A stretch of DNA of 31,915 bases from Burkholderiales bacterium (lineage in GTDB: Bacteria; Pseudomonadota; Gammaproteobacteria; Burkholderiales; SG8-39), in the NCBI GenBank assembly GCA_017880745.1, contig JADGRR010000001.1, positions 1 to 31,915 of the forward strand, in the 5' to 3' direction. Shown in pieces: positions 18,061 to 25,492 of this stretch; positions within the stretch are counted from its first letter, which is position 1; each line of letters starts with the position of its first letter. The position numbers and the translations under genes were made by a program. The notes beneath the pieces are model-generated. The model was given only the letters and a program-made list of their open reading frames with translations. It was not told the DNA's origin and ran no database searches.

Positions 18061-18648
18061 ATGGACAAGACACAGGAGCGCAGCCGCGAGATCGACGCTG
18101 CCGTGGCCGATATCCGCGCCATCGAGCAGCGCGACGGCGTCACGCGCGCAAGCCTCGCGAAAATCCGCCAGCGGCTGATCCAGCTCGCCGCGCGCACCGA
18201 TCTGTTTACCGTGCAGGACTTTCCACCGCCCGCGCCCGGCGGCGCGCGCAACTCCTGCCTCTATCGCCTGGCCGAGGACGCCGACCACCGCTTCGCGCTG
18301 TATGCCAATTCCTCCCTCGGCGGTTACGCCACGCCCGCGCACAACCACACTACGTGGGCGGTGATCGTCGGCGTGAGCGGCGAAGAACTGAACCGCTTCT
18401 ACGATCGCACCGCCGAAAACGGCGTGCGCGAAAAAGGCCAGCATGTGGTGCGGCAGGGCTCGGGCGTGTCGTTCATGCCCGAGGACCTGCATTCCATCCA
18501 CATCGACGCGCCGCTGCTGAATTTCCACATGTACGGCCTCGCGCTGGAGCAGTTGCACCGGCGCGAATTCTACAAGCCCGACAAGCACGCCTGGGGAATA
18601 TTCCCGCCGCATTCCGACATTCGTGAAGCGCGAACCGGCCGCGCATGA
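18061..18648 (+). CDS. Cysteine dioxygenase-family thiol dioxygenase
   Basis: Cupin 3-His set (AHNHTTWAVI, DLHSI) and FHMYG. SD GAGGAG before ATG 18061. Confidence 0.82.
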   Translation: MDKTQERSREIDAAVADIRAIEQRDGVTRASLAKIRQRLIQLAARTDLFTVQDFPPPAPGGARNSCLYRLAEDADHRFALYANSSLGGYATPAHNHTTWAVIVGVSGEELNRFYDRTAENGVREKGQHVVRQGSGVSFMPEDLHSIHIDAPLLNFHMYGLALEQLHRREFYKPDKHAWGIFPPHSDIREARTGRA

Positions 18649-18774
18649 GCCCGCCGGGCCGCCCCAAGGGCGAATCCTTGGCGCGAAGCGACAAGGTAAT
18701 CCAATGAGCCCGCCGGGCCGCCCCAAGGGCCGCATCTTCGATATGGGCTTGGCGCGAAGCGACAAGGTATTCCA
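18645..18774 (+). repeat. Two tandem copies (59 nt, 71 nt) of a small repeat element, each encoding a coupled mini-ORF
   Basis: Shared 27-nt head ATGAGCCCGCCGGGCCGCCCCAAGGGC and 27-nt tail CTTGGCGCGAAGCGACAAGGTA(A/T)TCCA. Units are 18645-18703 and 18704-18774. Confidence 0.85.
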
Positions 18775-20382
18775 TTGACCCGCGTCATTTCGCCCGCGGC
18801 GCTGCGCGAGCTCCTGCTCTCCGCTACCGAGATCGCGCTGCTCGACGTGCGCGAGCAGGGCGTGCATTGCCAGGGGCATCCATTCTTCGCCTGCGCGCTG
18901 CCGCTATCCAGGCTGGAACTGATGGTCGGCGACCTGGTGCCGCGGAGCAGCGCGCCTATCGTGCTGATCGACGGCGGCGGCGAGGGTCTGGCCGAGCGCG
19001 CCGCGGCCAAGCTCGCCGAACTGGGCTACACCGACATCGCGATCCTCGAGGGCGGCTGCGCCGGCTGGAAGGCGGGTGGTGGCGAGCTCTTTTCCGGCGT
19101 TAACGTTCCGTCCAAGGCCTTCGGCGAATTCGTCGAACACCATTACGACACGCCGCGGGTGCCGCCGCAGGAAATCAGGCGGCTGATCGACAGCGGCAGA
19201 AAGCTCGTCATCCTCGATTCGCGGCCATACGCGGAATACCACCGCATGAGCATCCCGGGTGCGATCGATACGCCGGGCGCCGAACTGGTGTATCGCGTGC
19301 ATGACCTCGCGCCCGACCCGGAGACGCTGGTGGTGGTGAATTGCGCCGGCCGCACGCGCAGCATCATCGGCTGCCAGTCGCTCAGGAATGCCGGCATTGC
19401 CAACCAGGTCGTGGCGCTGAAGGACGGCACCATGGGCTGGGAACTCGCCGGCTACCAGTGCGAGCGCGGTTCGACCGGCGCGGCGAGCGCGCCCAGCGCT
19501 GCGGGCGAGGCGAAGGCGCGCGCCGCCGCAGAACACGTGGCGCGGCGCTTCGAAGTGAAATTCGCGACGCGCGGAGAGGTCGAGTCCTGGCGGCGCGATC
19601 CCGGCCGCACTTTGTACCTGCTCGACGTGCGCACGCGCGAGGAATTCGAGCAGGTGCGCATCGCCGGTTCGCGCCATGCGCCGGGCGGACAGCTCATCCA
19701 GGCGACGGACGAATTCGTCGGCGTGCGCGGCGCGCGCATCGTATGCATCGATCCGGCGCGGGTGCGCTCGGTGATGACCGCGTCCTGGCTCAATCAGATG
19801 GGCTGGAGCGAAGTCTATGTGCTCCAGCCCGAAGGCAGGGACGGCTTTGCCGGCTGGACGCTCGAGTCCGGCCCGCGCAGTCCAACCCCGCTCGGCTTCA
19901 AACCCTGGCGCACCGTCACGGCGCGGGAGCTGGTGCAGCGCCGGCAACAGGGCGGCGTGACGGTGCTCGATCTTGCGACCAGCCTCAGGTTTCGCGAGCG
20001 CCATATCCCTGGCGCCTGGTGGGCGGTGCGCGCGCGGCTGGATGAGGCGCGCGCGAAGCTCGCCGATGCGCAGGCGCTGGTTCTGACATCGGAGGACAGC
20101 ACGCTCGCGCATCTGGCGGCGCCAGAAGCCGCCGCACTCTGGCCGGATGCGGAAGTGAGTGTGCTCAAGGGCGGCAATGCGATTTGGTTCGCGGTGAAGC
20201 TGCCTGCCGAGACCGGTATCGCGAATGCGACCACCACGCCGGACGACGTCTGGTACAAACCTTACGATCACGACCACGCCCAGGACTACGAGAAGCACGC
20301 GCGTGCTTACCTCAGCTGGGAAGTCGCGCTGGTCGAGCAGATCAAGCGCGATCCCACGATCCGTTTCCGCTGCTACGACTGA
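18775..20382 (+). CDS. Multi-domain (four-repeat) rhodanese-related sulfurtransferase
   Basis: Four rhodanese repeats (LLDVRE, ILDSRP, LLDVRT, VLDLAT). Only repeat 2 has a Cys loop (NCAGRTRS). TTG start with AAGGT 6 nt upstream. Confidence 0.88.
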   Translation: MTRVISPAALRELLLSATEIALLDVREQGVHCQGHPFFACALPLSRLELMVGDLVPRSSAPIVLIDGGGEGLAERAAAKLAELGYTDIAILEGGCAGWKAGGGELFSGVNVPSKAFGEFVEHHYDTPRVPPQEIRRLIDSGRKLVILDSRPYAEYHRMSIPGAIDTPGAELVYRVHDLAPDPETLVVVNCAGRTRSIIGCQSLRNAGIANQVVALKDGTMGWELAGYQCERGSTGAASAPSAAGEAKARAAAEHVARRFEVKFATRGEVESWRRDPGRTLYLLDVRTREEFEQVRIAGSRHAPGGQLIQATDEFVGVRGARIVCIDPARVRSVMTASWLNQMGWSEVYVLQPEGRDGFAGWTLESGPRSPTPLGFKPWRTVTARELVQRRQQGGVTVLDLATSLRFRERHIPGAWWAVRARLDEARAKLADAQALVLTSEDSTLAHLAAPEAAALWPDAEVSVLKGGNAIWFAVKLPAETGIANATTTPDDVWYKPYDHDHAQDYEKHARAYLSWEVALVEQIKRDPTIRFRCYD

Positions 20383-20459
20383 ACATCGCGCCGCCGCGGT
20401 GCGCCCGCGGTAGAATCGTGGTGGGAACTCGTAGTTTCCGCGAGGCCATCGTCCGCACC

Positions 20460-21386
20460 ATGTATTTCATCACACCACAGGCCACCAAGGTGCTCACGCA
20501 CCCGGGCGCGTTCGCGCTGCGGGTGCTGAGGGCGTTTCGCGCCAATCAGGGCCTGCTTCTCGCCGGCGCCGTGGCGTATTACACCCTGCTTTCCATGGTG
20601 CCGGTGCTCATCCTCGTGGTGATCGCGCTGTCGCACGTGATCGACCTGGCGGTGCTGCTCGCGACCCTGCAACGCGCGCTGGAGTGGGTGGTGCCGGGGC
20701 AATCGCAGGCGATGCTGCGGGAGGCGTCGGCATTTTTCGCGCACCGCGAGGTGATCGGCTGGGTGCTGCTTGCGACCATGCTGTTCTTCAGCACGCTCGC
20801 TTTTCGTGTGCTGGAAAACGCGATCTCGGTGATATTTCTGCATCGGGTGGCGGAGCGCAGGCGCCACTTTCTGGTCTCGGCGCTGCTGCCCTTCGGTTAC
20901 ATCGTATTCATCGTCGCCGCTCTGCTCGTGGAAACCTTCGTCTTCGCAAGCCTGCTTGCGATCGGCGGAGCAAACATCGCCATCTTCGGATACAACTGGT
21001 CACTCGGCGAATTCGCGCGCCTGCTGGTGTATCTGGCCGGCGTGGGGGTGGAAATCCTGCTCATTTCCTCAATCTATTATTTCATGCCGGTGGGCCGGAT
21101 TTCGCCGAGCCACGCGCTGATCGGCGGCGCCACTGCGGGCCTGTTGTGGGAAATCATCCGCCACGCTCTGAAGTGGTATTTCGACACGCTGTCGCAAGTG
21201 AGCGTGGTGTACGGATCGCTCGCCACGGTTATCATCGTGCTGTTCAGCCTGGACTTCGCGGCCTCGCTGCTGCTGCTCGGCGCGCAAGTGATCGCGGAAT
21301 ACGAAATAATCGGCCAGGTCGATGCGCTGCGGCCGCCGGCGGCGCTGCGCACCGAGGCGGCGGGCGATCCGGCTGCGCTTATCTGA
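20460..21386 (+). CDS. YihY/BrkB-family membrane protein
   Basis: AGAVAYYTLLSMVP, LENAISVIF, IYYFMP and YGSLATVII motifs. Start uncertain (ATG 20460 or GTG 20418). Confidence 0.85.
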   Translation: MYFITPQATKVLTHPGAFALRVLRAFRANQGLLLAGAVAYYTLLSMVPVLILVVIALSHVIDLAVLLATLQRALEWVVPGQSQAMLREASAFFAHREVIGWVLLATMLFFSTLAFRVLENAISVIFLHRVAERRRHFLVSALLPFGYIVFIVAALLVETFVFASLLAIGGANIAIFGYNWSLGEFARLLVYLAGVGVEILLISSIYYFMPVGRISPSHALIGGATAGLLWEIIRHALKWYFDTLSQVSVVYGSLATVIIVLFSLDFAASLLLLGAQVIAEYEIIGQVDALRPPAALRTEAAGDPAALI

Positions 21387-22338
21387 CCAGATTGTCCGGG
21401 TCGGGCGCCTCGCCCCGCAGGTGGCGCACGATGTTGGTTGCGGCGATGGTGCCCACGCGCAGCAGCGAACCTTTCGTCGCTCCGGCGACGTGCGGCGTGC
21501 AGATGACGTTGTCCAGCGCGAACAGCGGATGCTTCGGATCGGGCGGCTCCGCCGCAAAGGTGTCCAGCCCCGCCCCGGCGAGGTGCCCGCTTCTGAGCGC
21601 GTCGGCGAGCGCGGCTTCATCGACCAGCGCGCCGCGCGCGGTGTTCACCAGCAGCGCGCCCGGAGGCATAGCCTGCAGCTGCGCTGCGCCCAGCATGCCG
21701 CGCGTAGCCGGAATCAGCGGGCAGTGCAGGCTCAGGATGTCGGCGCGGCCGAGCAGTGCCTCGAAGTCCGGCTCCACCTCGGCGCCCCCGGCGTCGGCGA
21801 TGGCGGAACGCGAATGGACCACGACGTTCGCGCCGAAGGCGGCCGCGAGTCGCGCCACTCGGCGCCCGATCTGGCCGTAACCGACAATACCCACCGTGCG
21901 GCCGCGGAACTCCCTGCCCTGAAAATGTGGCCGCTCCCAGGCACCGCTTTTCACGCCGCGGTCCAGCCGCGGCAGCTCGCGCGCAAGCGCGAGCATCAGC
22001 GCGAGCGCCAGTTCGGCGACGGCGTCGGCGTTCGCCGCGCCGGCCGTCATCACCGCGACGCGGCGCTCGGCGGCCGCTTGCACGTCGACGCTGTCCACGC
22101 CTGCGCCGTGCTTGGCGATGATCCTGAGTTGCGGGGCAGATTCGATCACGCGCCGCGTAAACGGCGGATTGCCGCGCATCAGCACCGCAGCGGGCTTGGC
22201 CCCGGCCAATGCGGCGATCGAGCTGTCTTCGGTGGTTGGCTCGGGCACGAAGGCGATTTCCAGGCCGGCGTCGCGCAGGATCTGCTGCGCCGGCTCGGAC
22301 AACTGCATCGAGGTCACGAGGACTACGGATTTGCTCAC
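21379..22338 (-). CDS. D-isomer-specific 2-hydroxyacid dehydrogenase (phosphoglycerate dehydrogenase family)
   Basis: GAGVDSVD, ANADAVAE, GIVGYGQIG, SLHCPL, VNTARG, GLDTF..EP and TPHVAG motifs. SD GAGGTG before GTG. Overlaps the yihY-like gene convergently by 8 bp. Confidence 0.9.
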   Translation of the reverse strand: MSKSVVLVTSMQLSEPAQQILRDAGLEIAFVPEPTTEDSSIAALAGAKPAAVLMRGNPPFTRRVIESAPQLRIIAKHGAGVDSVDVQAAAERRVAVMTAGAANADAVAELALALMLALARELPRLDRGVKSGAWERPHFQGREFRGRTVGIVGYGQIGRRVARLAAAFGANVVVHSRSAIADAGGAEVEPDFEALLGRADILSLHCPLIPATRGMLGAAQLQAMPPGALLVNTARGALVDEAALADALRSGHLAGAGLDTFAAEPPDPKHPLFALDNVICTPHVAGATKGSLLRVGTIAATNIVRHLRGEAPDPDNLVR

Positions 22339-22454
22339 GGTCTCACCTCATTCGGCCCAGACCAGTCTAACGCAAGCTTCGCCGGAGCGCGAACGCCTCC
22401 GGGGCGTTGCGCCTGCGGCGAGGGCAACGCGGCGCAGGCGCGCTGTTCCCCCCG

Positions 22455-22519
22455 CGCCTCACTCAACCCTTATCCCGGTCGCCGCGGCCACGCGCGTCCA
22501 TTTTTCCACGTCGGCCGCG
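22455..22519 (-). pseudogene. Orphan 3'-end fragment of a bug gene (direct repeat of 25489-25553)
   Basis: Translates to AADVEKWTRVAAATGIRVE* versus AADVEKWTRVVAATGVKVE* at the end of the 25493-26464 gene. 57/65 nt identical. Confidence 0.85.
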
Positions 22520-22571
22520 CCGCGGCCCAAGCGGCGCGGAGGGGTCCCATCCCCTCTTCGGCGCAATGCGG

Positions 22572-24143
22572 TTACAAATGTGATTCTTTGTAGTCGAGTT
22601 CCTCTTCGAATTCATGCAGCACATCATCGCTGATCTGGTTTTCGAGCCAGATGCGAATCAGCTCCTGCCGCTCGGCATTGATTGCGGCGTGCCTGAGCCG
22701 GCGCGCGAACTCGGCGTGGCTTTCCGAAACAGACGCATCCGCATCGCCAGCGGCGTTCTTCTCGGCGAATTCGGCGCTGATCCGACCTGCCAGGTCAGGC
22801 GCAATGTCATCCTGATGCGCGAGTGCGTCGATGGCGGCAATCGCCGCCTTGCTCATGGCGTTGCGCGCGTTCTCCTGCTCGTCTCGCAGGCTCCAGTCGA
22901 TCCCGACACGCAGCCAGCGGATCAGAGCCGGCAGCGTCAAACCCTGCAGCACCAATGTCGCCGCGATGATCGCAAAGGTGAAAAAGATGATGACGTCGCG
23001 GTACGGAAACGGCATCCCGTCGGCGAGCGTGATCGGCAGTGCCAGAGCGGCCGCCAAAGACACGATGCCGCGCATGCCGCACCAGCTCATGATGAAAAAC
23101 TCCGCCTCGGGCGGTGCCGCCTCGCTCTTCCGGAGCGAGGCGCTCAGCTTGCGCGGCACGTACAGCGCCGCATAGACCCAGGCAAAACGGACGATGATCG
23201 CAACCGCGCTCAGCAGGGCTGCGTCGGACATAAGTCTGGCCGCCGAGTACCCTACCAGGCGCGCAACGCTGCCCGAAAGCTGCATACCGATCAACACGAA
23301 AACCAGCGTGTTCAGCAGGAACACTATCACGTTCCACATCGAGCGCGAAAGAATGCGCATTTCCGCCGATACCACAACTGGCGTGTGACGGCCGCGCACC
23401 AACCCCGCTGCAACCACGGCAAGCACTCCCGATGCGTGCACGGACTCGGCGCAGACATAGGCGACGTACGGAACGAGCAGCGACGTCAGCACTTCTATGA
23501 AGACGTCGCCAAGATGGCGGTGAATGACGATGAACACCAGCCCCGTGAGGATGCCGAGTACGATGCCCCCGATAGCCACGCCGACGAATTGCACGCTCGC
23601 ATCGAACATCGAAAAAGTCCCGGTCATGACGGCAGCGACGGCGAATTTGTAGAGCACCAGCCCCGATGCATCGTTGACCAGGCTCTCGCCTTCGAGCACC
23701 GTAACCACGCGGCGCGGAATTTTCAGCCGCGACAGGATCGCGGTGGCGGCCACCACGTCCGGAGGTGAAACGATGGCGCCGAAAACAAAAGCCGCGGCCC
23801 AGGGAATGCCTGGTAGCAGGAGCTTGAGCGAAGTACCGACGGCAAGCGTGGTCACGACAACCAGGCCAATGGCGAGCAGGCTTATGGTGCGGATGCTCAG
23901 CGCGAAATCGCGCCAGGAGGTGAGCGCTGCCGCCTGATACAGGATGGGCGGCAGTACCACGATCAGGATGAGTTCGGGATCGAAGGCCAACTGCGACACC
24001 AGTGGGATGAACCCGAGCACGCCGCCGCCGATGACCAGCGCGATGGGGTAGGGAAAATTGAAGTGCCGTGCAACCCAGCAGAGCGCGACCGCGCAAAGCG
24101 ACACGAATACGGTTATCTGCAGCAGTTCCATAGCGCCAATCAT
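22572..24143 (-). CDS. CPA1-family Na+/H+ antiporter
   Basis: LPPILY, FGAIVSPPDVVA, LEGESLVNDASGL, SGVLAVV and SWCGMRGIVSLAAAL motifs, plus a cytoplasmic tail. Start ATG 24143 or 24131. Confidence 0.92.
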   Translation of the reverse strand: MIGAMELLQITVFVSLCAVALCWVARHFNFPYPIALVIGGGVLGFIPLVSQLAFDPELILIVVLPPILYQAAALTSWRDFALSIRTISLLAIGLVVVTTLAVGTSLKLLLPGIPWAAAFVFGAIVSPPDVVAATAILSRLKIPRRVVTVLEGESLVNDASGLVLYKFAVAAVMTGTFSMFDASVQFVGVAIGGIVLGILTGLVFIVIHRHLGDVFIEVLTSLLVPYVAYVCAESVHASGVLAVVAAGLVRGRHTPVVVSAEMRILSRSMWNVIVFLLNTLVFVLIGMQLSGSVARLVGYSAARLMSDAALLSAVAIIVRFAWVYAALYVPRKLSASLRKSEAAPPEAEFFIMSWCGMRGIVSLAAALALPITLADGMPFPYRDVIIFFTFAIIAATLVLQGLTLPALIRWLRVGIDWSLRDEQENARNAMSKAAIAAIDALAHQDDIAPDLAGRISAEFAEKNAAGDADASVSESHAEFARRLRHAAINAERQELIRIWLENQISDDVLHEFEEELDYKESHL

Positions 24144-24214
24144 TTTCTCAAGTGCTTGGGCGGTATTGGCTGCCCAAGAATAGACCAGTGGTGAAAGCGT
24201 TTTGTCAGGCTGCT

Positions 24215-24242
24215 ATTGTGATTTGATGTATTTCAGAGTCAA
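24215..24242 (-). promoter_or_regulatory. Candidate sigma70 promoter for the antiporter
   Basis: Minus strand TTGACT-16 nt-CACAAT in an AT-rich tract. Confidence 0.4.
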
Positions 24243-24358
24243 CGCATATTTCTGCGAGGAACGTTGTGCGGCCTGGAGGGGTGCATCGCGTGTGGAACAG
24301 ATGGGGTCACTCCGCCCCTGATGTTCTCCTCAAAACCTTTGCCGGACATTTTTCTCGA

Positions 24359-24517
24359 CTAGGCGGCCAGCCGGCCCGCCGCGAGCACATCCAGGGTCTG
24401 GCTGGCGCTTTGACCTGCCCGCTCGCCGCCGGCTGGATGACGTGCAGTGTCTCCGCGGCGCGGGTCGCGTGACCTCTCGGCGACGGCGACAAAACTGCGC
24501 AATTGGTAAAGCTCCAT
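24359..24517 (-). pseudogene. Frameshifted, truncated LysR-type regulator (HTH only)
   Basis: MELYQLRSFVAVAE in one frame, then a shift near 24475 to GHATRAAETLHVIQPAASGQVKA in another frame. Similarity ends ~24406 and there is no substrate-binding domain. Confidence 0.8.
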
Positions 24518-24569
24518 GTGAAAACCTGCTCTTGATTGCCATGTAAGATGCCATTCCAGGTTCGAATTT

Positions 24570-24601
24570 GTGCATTGCACCATATACTTAGACTAAGTAT
24601 A
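24570..24601. promoter_or_regulatory. Two adjacent perfect palindromes (candidate operators)
   Basis: GTGCA-T-TGCAC (24570-24580) and TATACTTAG-A-CTAAGTATA (24583-24601). Confidence 0.5.
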
Positions 24602-24720
24602 AGCCGGGCTAATTAACTCAATCCGAACAAGCGATTGGATTGTTCCCCGCCTAGGCCCCATGTTGCATTGATACGGCGTCTTTTCGGCGCTGGCTCCGAT
24701 AGTTAGGAAAGGACTGGAAG

Positions 24721-25080
24721 ATGAGACTCTACCCACCGATGTATCCCGGCGACAGCATGCTGCGGCCTGGAACCGTTCCAGGAGGCGATATTGTGAGTGC
24801 CTGGAATACGGCGATGTTCAGGATACCTTTTGTGCGAAGCAAAATCCGTGCGGAAGAGGCATCCGGAGTTGGAGCCGAAGCCGCGGCACCGAAGCGGCAC
24901 GCCCGCGCCACGCCCGGGGTCTGGGTCGGCAGCCAGCTGAAGCCCTACTTCGAGGCGCTGATGCGCAAGTTCGAGCGCGCCGGACAGGCCGAGATGGAGA
25001 ATTACCTGGCCGCATCGCAGAACCTCGCCGACCTGGAGGACCGCATCCGCCGCTACGAGCGCATGCAGTCGCGGAACTGA
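24721..25080 (+). CDS. Small hypothetical protein with C-terminal DUF3563-like segment
   Basis: SD AAGGA before ATG. The C-terminus EMENYLAASQNLADLEDRIRRYER resembles the DUF3563 pattern as recalled, not searched. Start uncertain. Confidence 0.55.
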   Translation: MRLYPPMYPGDSMLRPGTVPGGDIVSAWNTAMFRIPFVRSKIRAEEASGVGAEAAAPKRHARATPGVWVGSQLKPYFEALMRKFERAGQAEMENYLAASQNLADLEDRIRRYERMQSRN

Positions 25081-25128
25081 CCACGCAATGACCGCACCGC
25101 GCTACGCACACCCTATGAGGATTTCGAA

Positions 25129-25371
25129 ATGAATGCCATGACAGACAAAGCATCAAACAGGTCCAGTGTCTTCACCCGCCTGGACACGATACGCATGAGC
25201 CAAGAGCAACGCAGGCAGGCCAACGCGAGCTTGCGCGACGCCGAACTCATCGCCGGACTTGTGCTGCGCGCGACGGCCGACATGCGTGCCATCGCGCGCG
25301 GCGTCGAGCATGCCGCTGTCAGCCTGGCGAGCGGCATCAAGGCGATGTTTGCCAGGCCCGTCAAGCACTGA
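25129..25371 (+). CDS. Small hypothetical alpha-helical protein (80 aa)
   Basis: SD GAGGA 7 nt before ATG, host-like codon usage, amphipathic helical pattern. Confidence 0.6.
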   Translation: MNAMTDKASNRSSVFTRLDTIRMSQEQRRQANASLRDAELIAGLVLRATADMRAIARGVEHAAVSLASGIKAMFARPVKH

Positions 25372-25492
25372 TCCCCGGCCGCACGGTATCCAGGACGCCA
25401 GCGATGCCCATGCAAAGGAACCTGCAGCGCATCGCCGTCGGTCTCGTCCACTGGCCAAGCTCGACGACATTGCCGAACCGGTGCCGCCCGCC

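Noticed and set aside
18645-18774. Possible CRISPR mini-array
   Set aside because: Only two units, with the variable part inside the unit (5 versus 17 nt), no spacer-sized unique sequences and no cas genes.
24155-24178. 9-bp hairpin in the antiporter 5' UTR as a possible Na+/Li+ or fluoride riboswitch
   Set aside because: A single hairpin in a ~65-nt leader. I cannot match conserved riboswitch nucleotides by eye; an Rfam scan would be needed.
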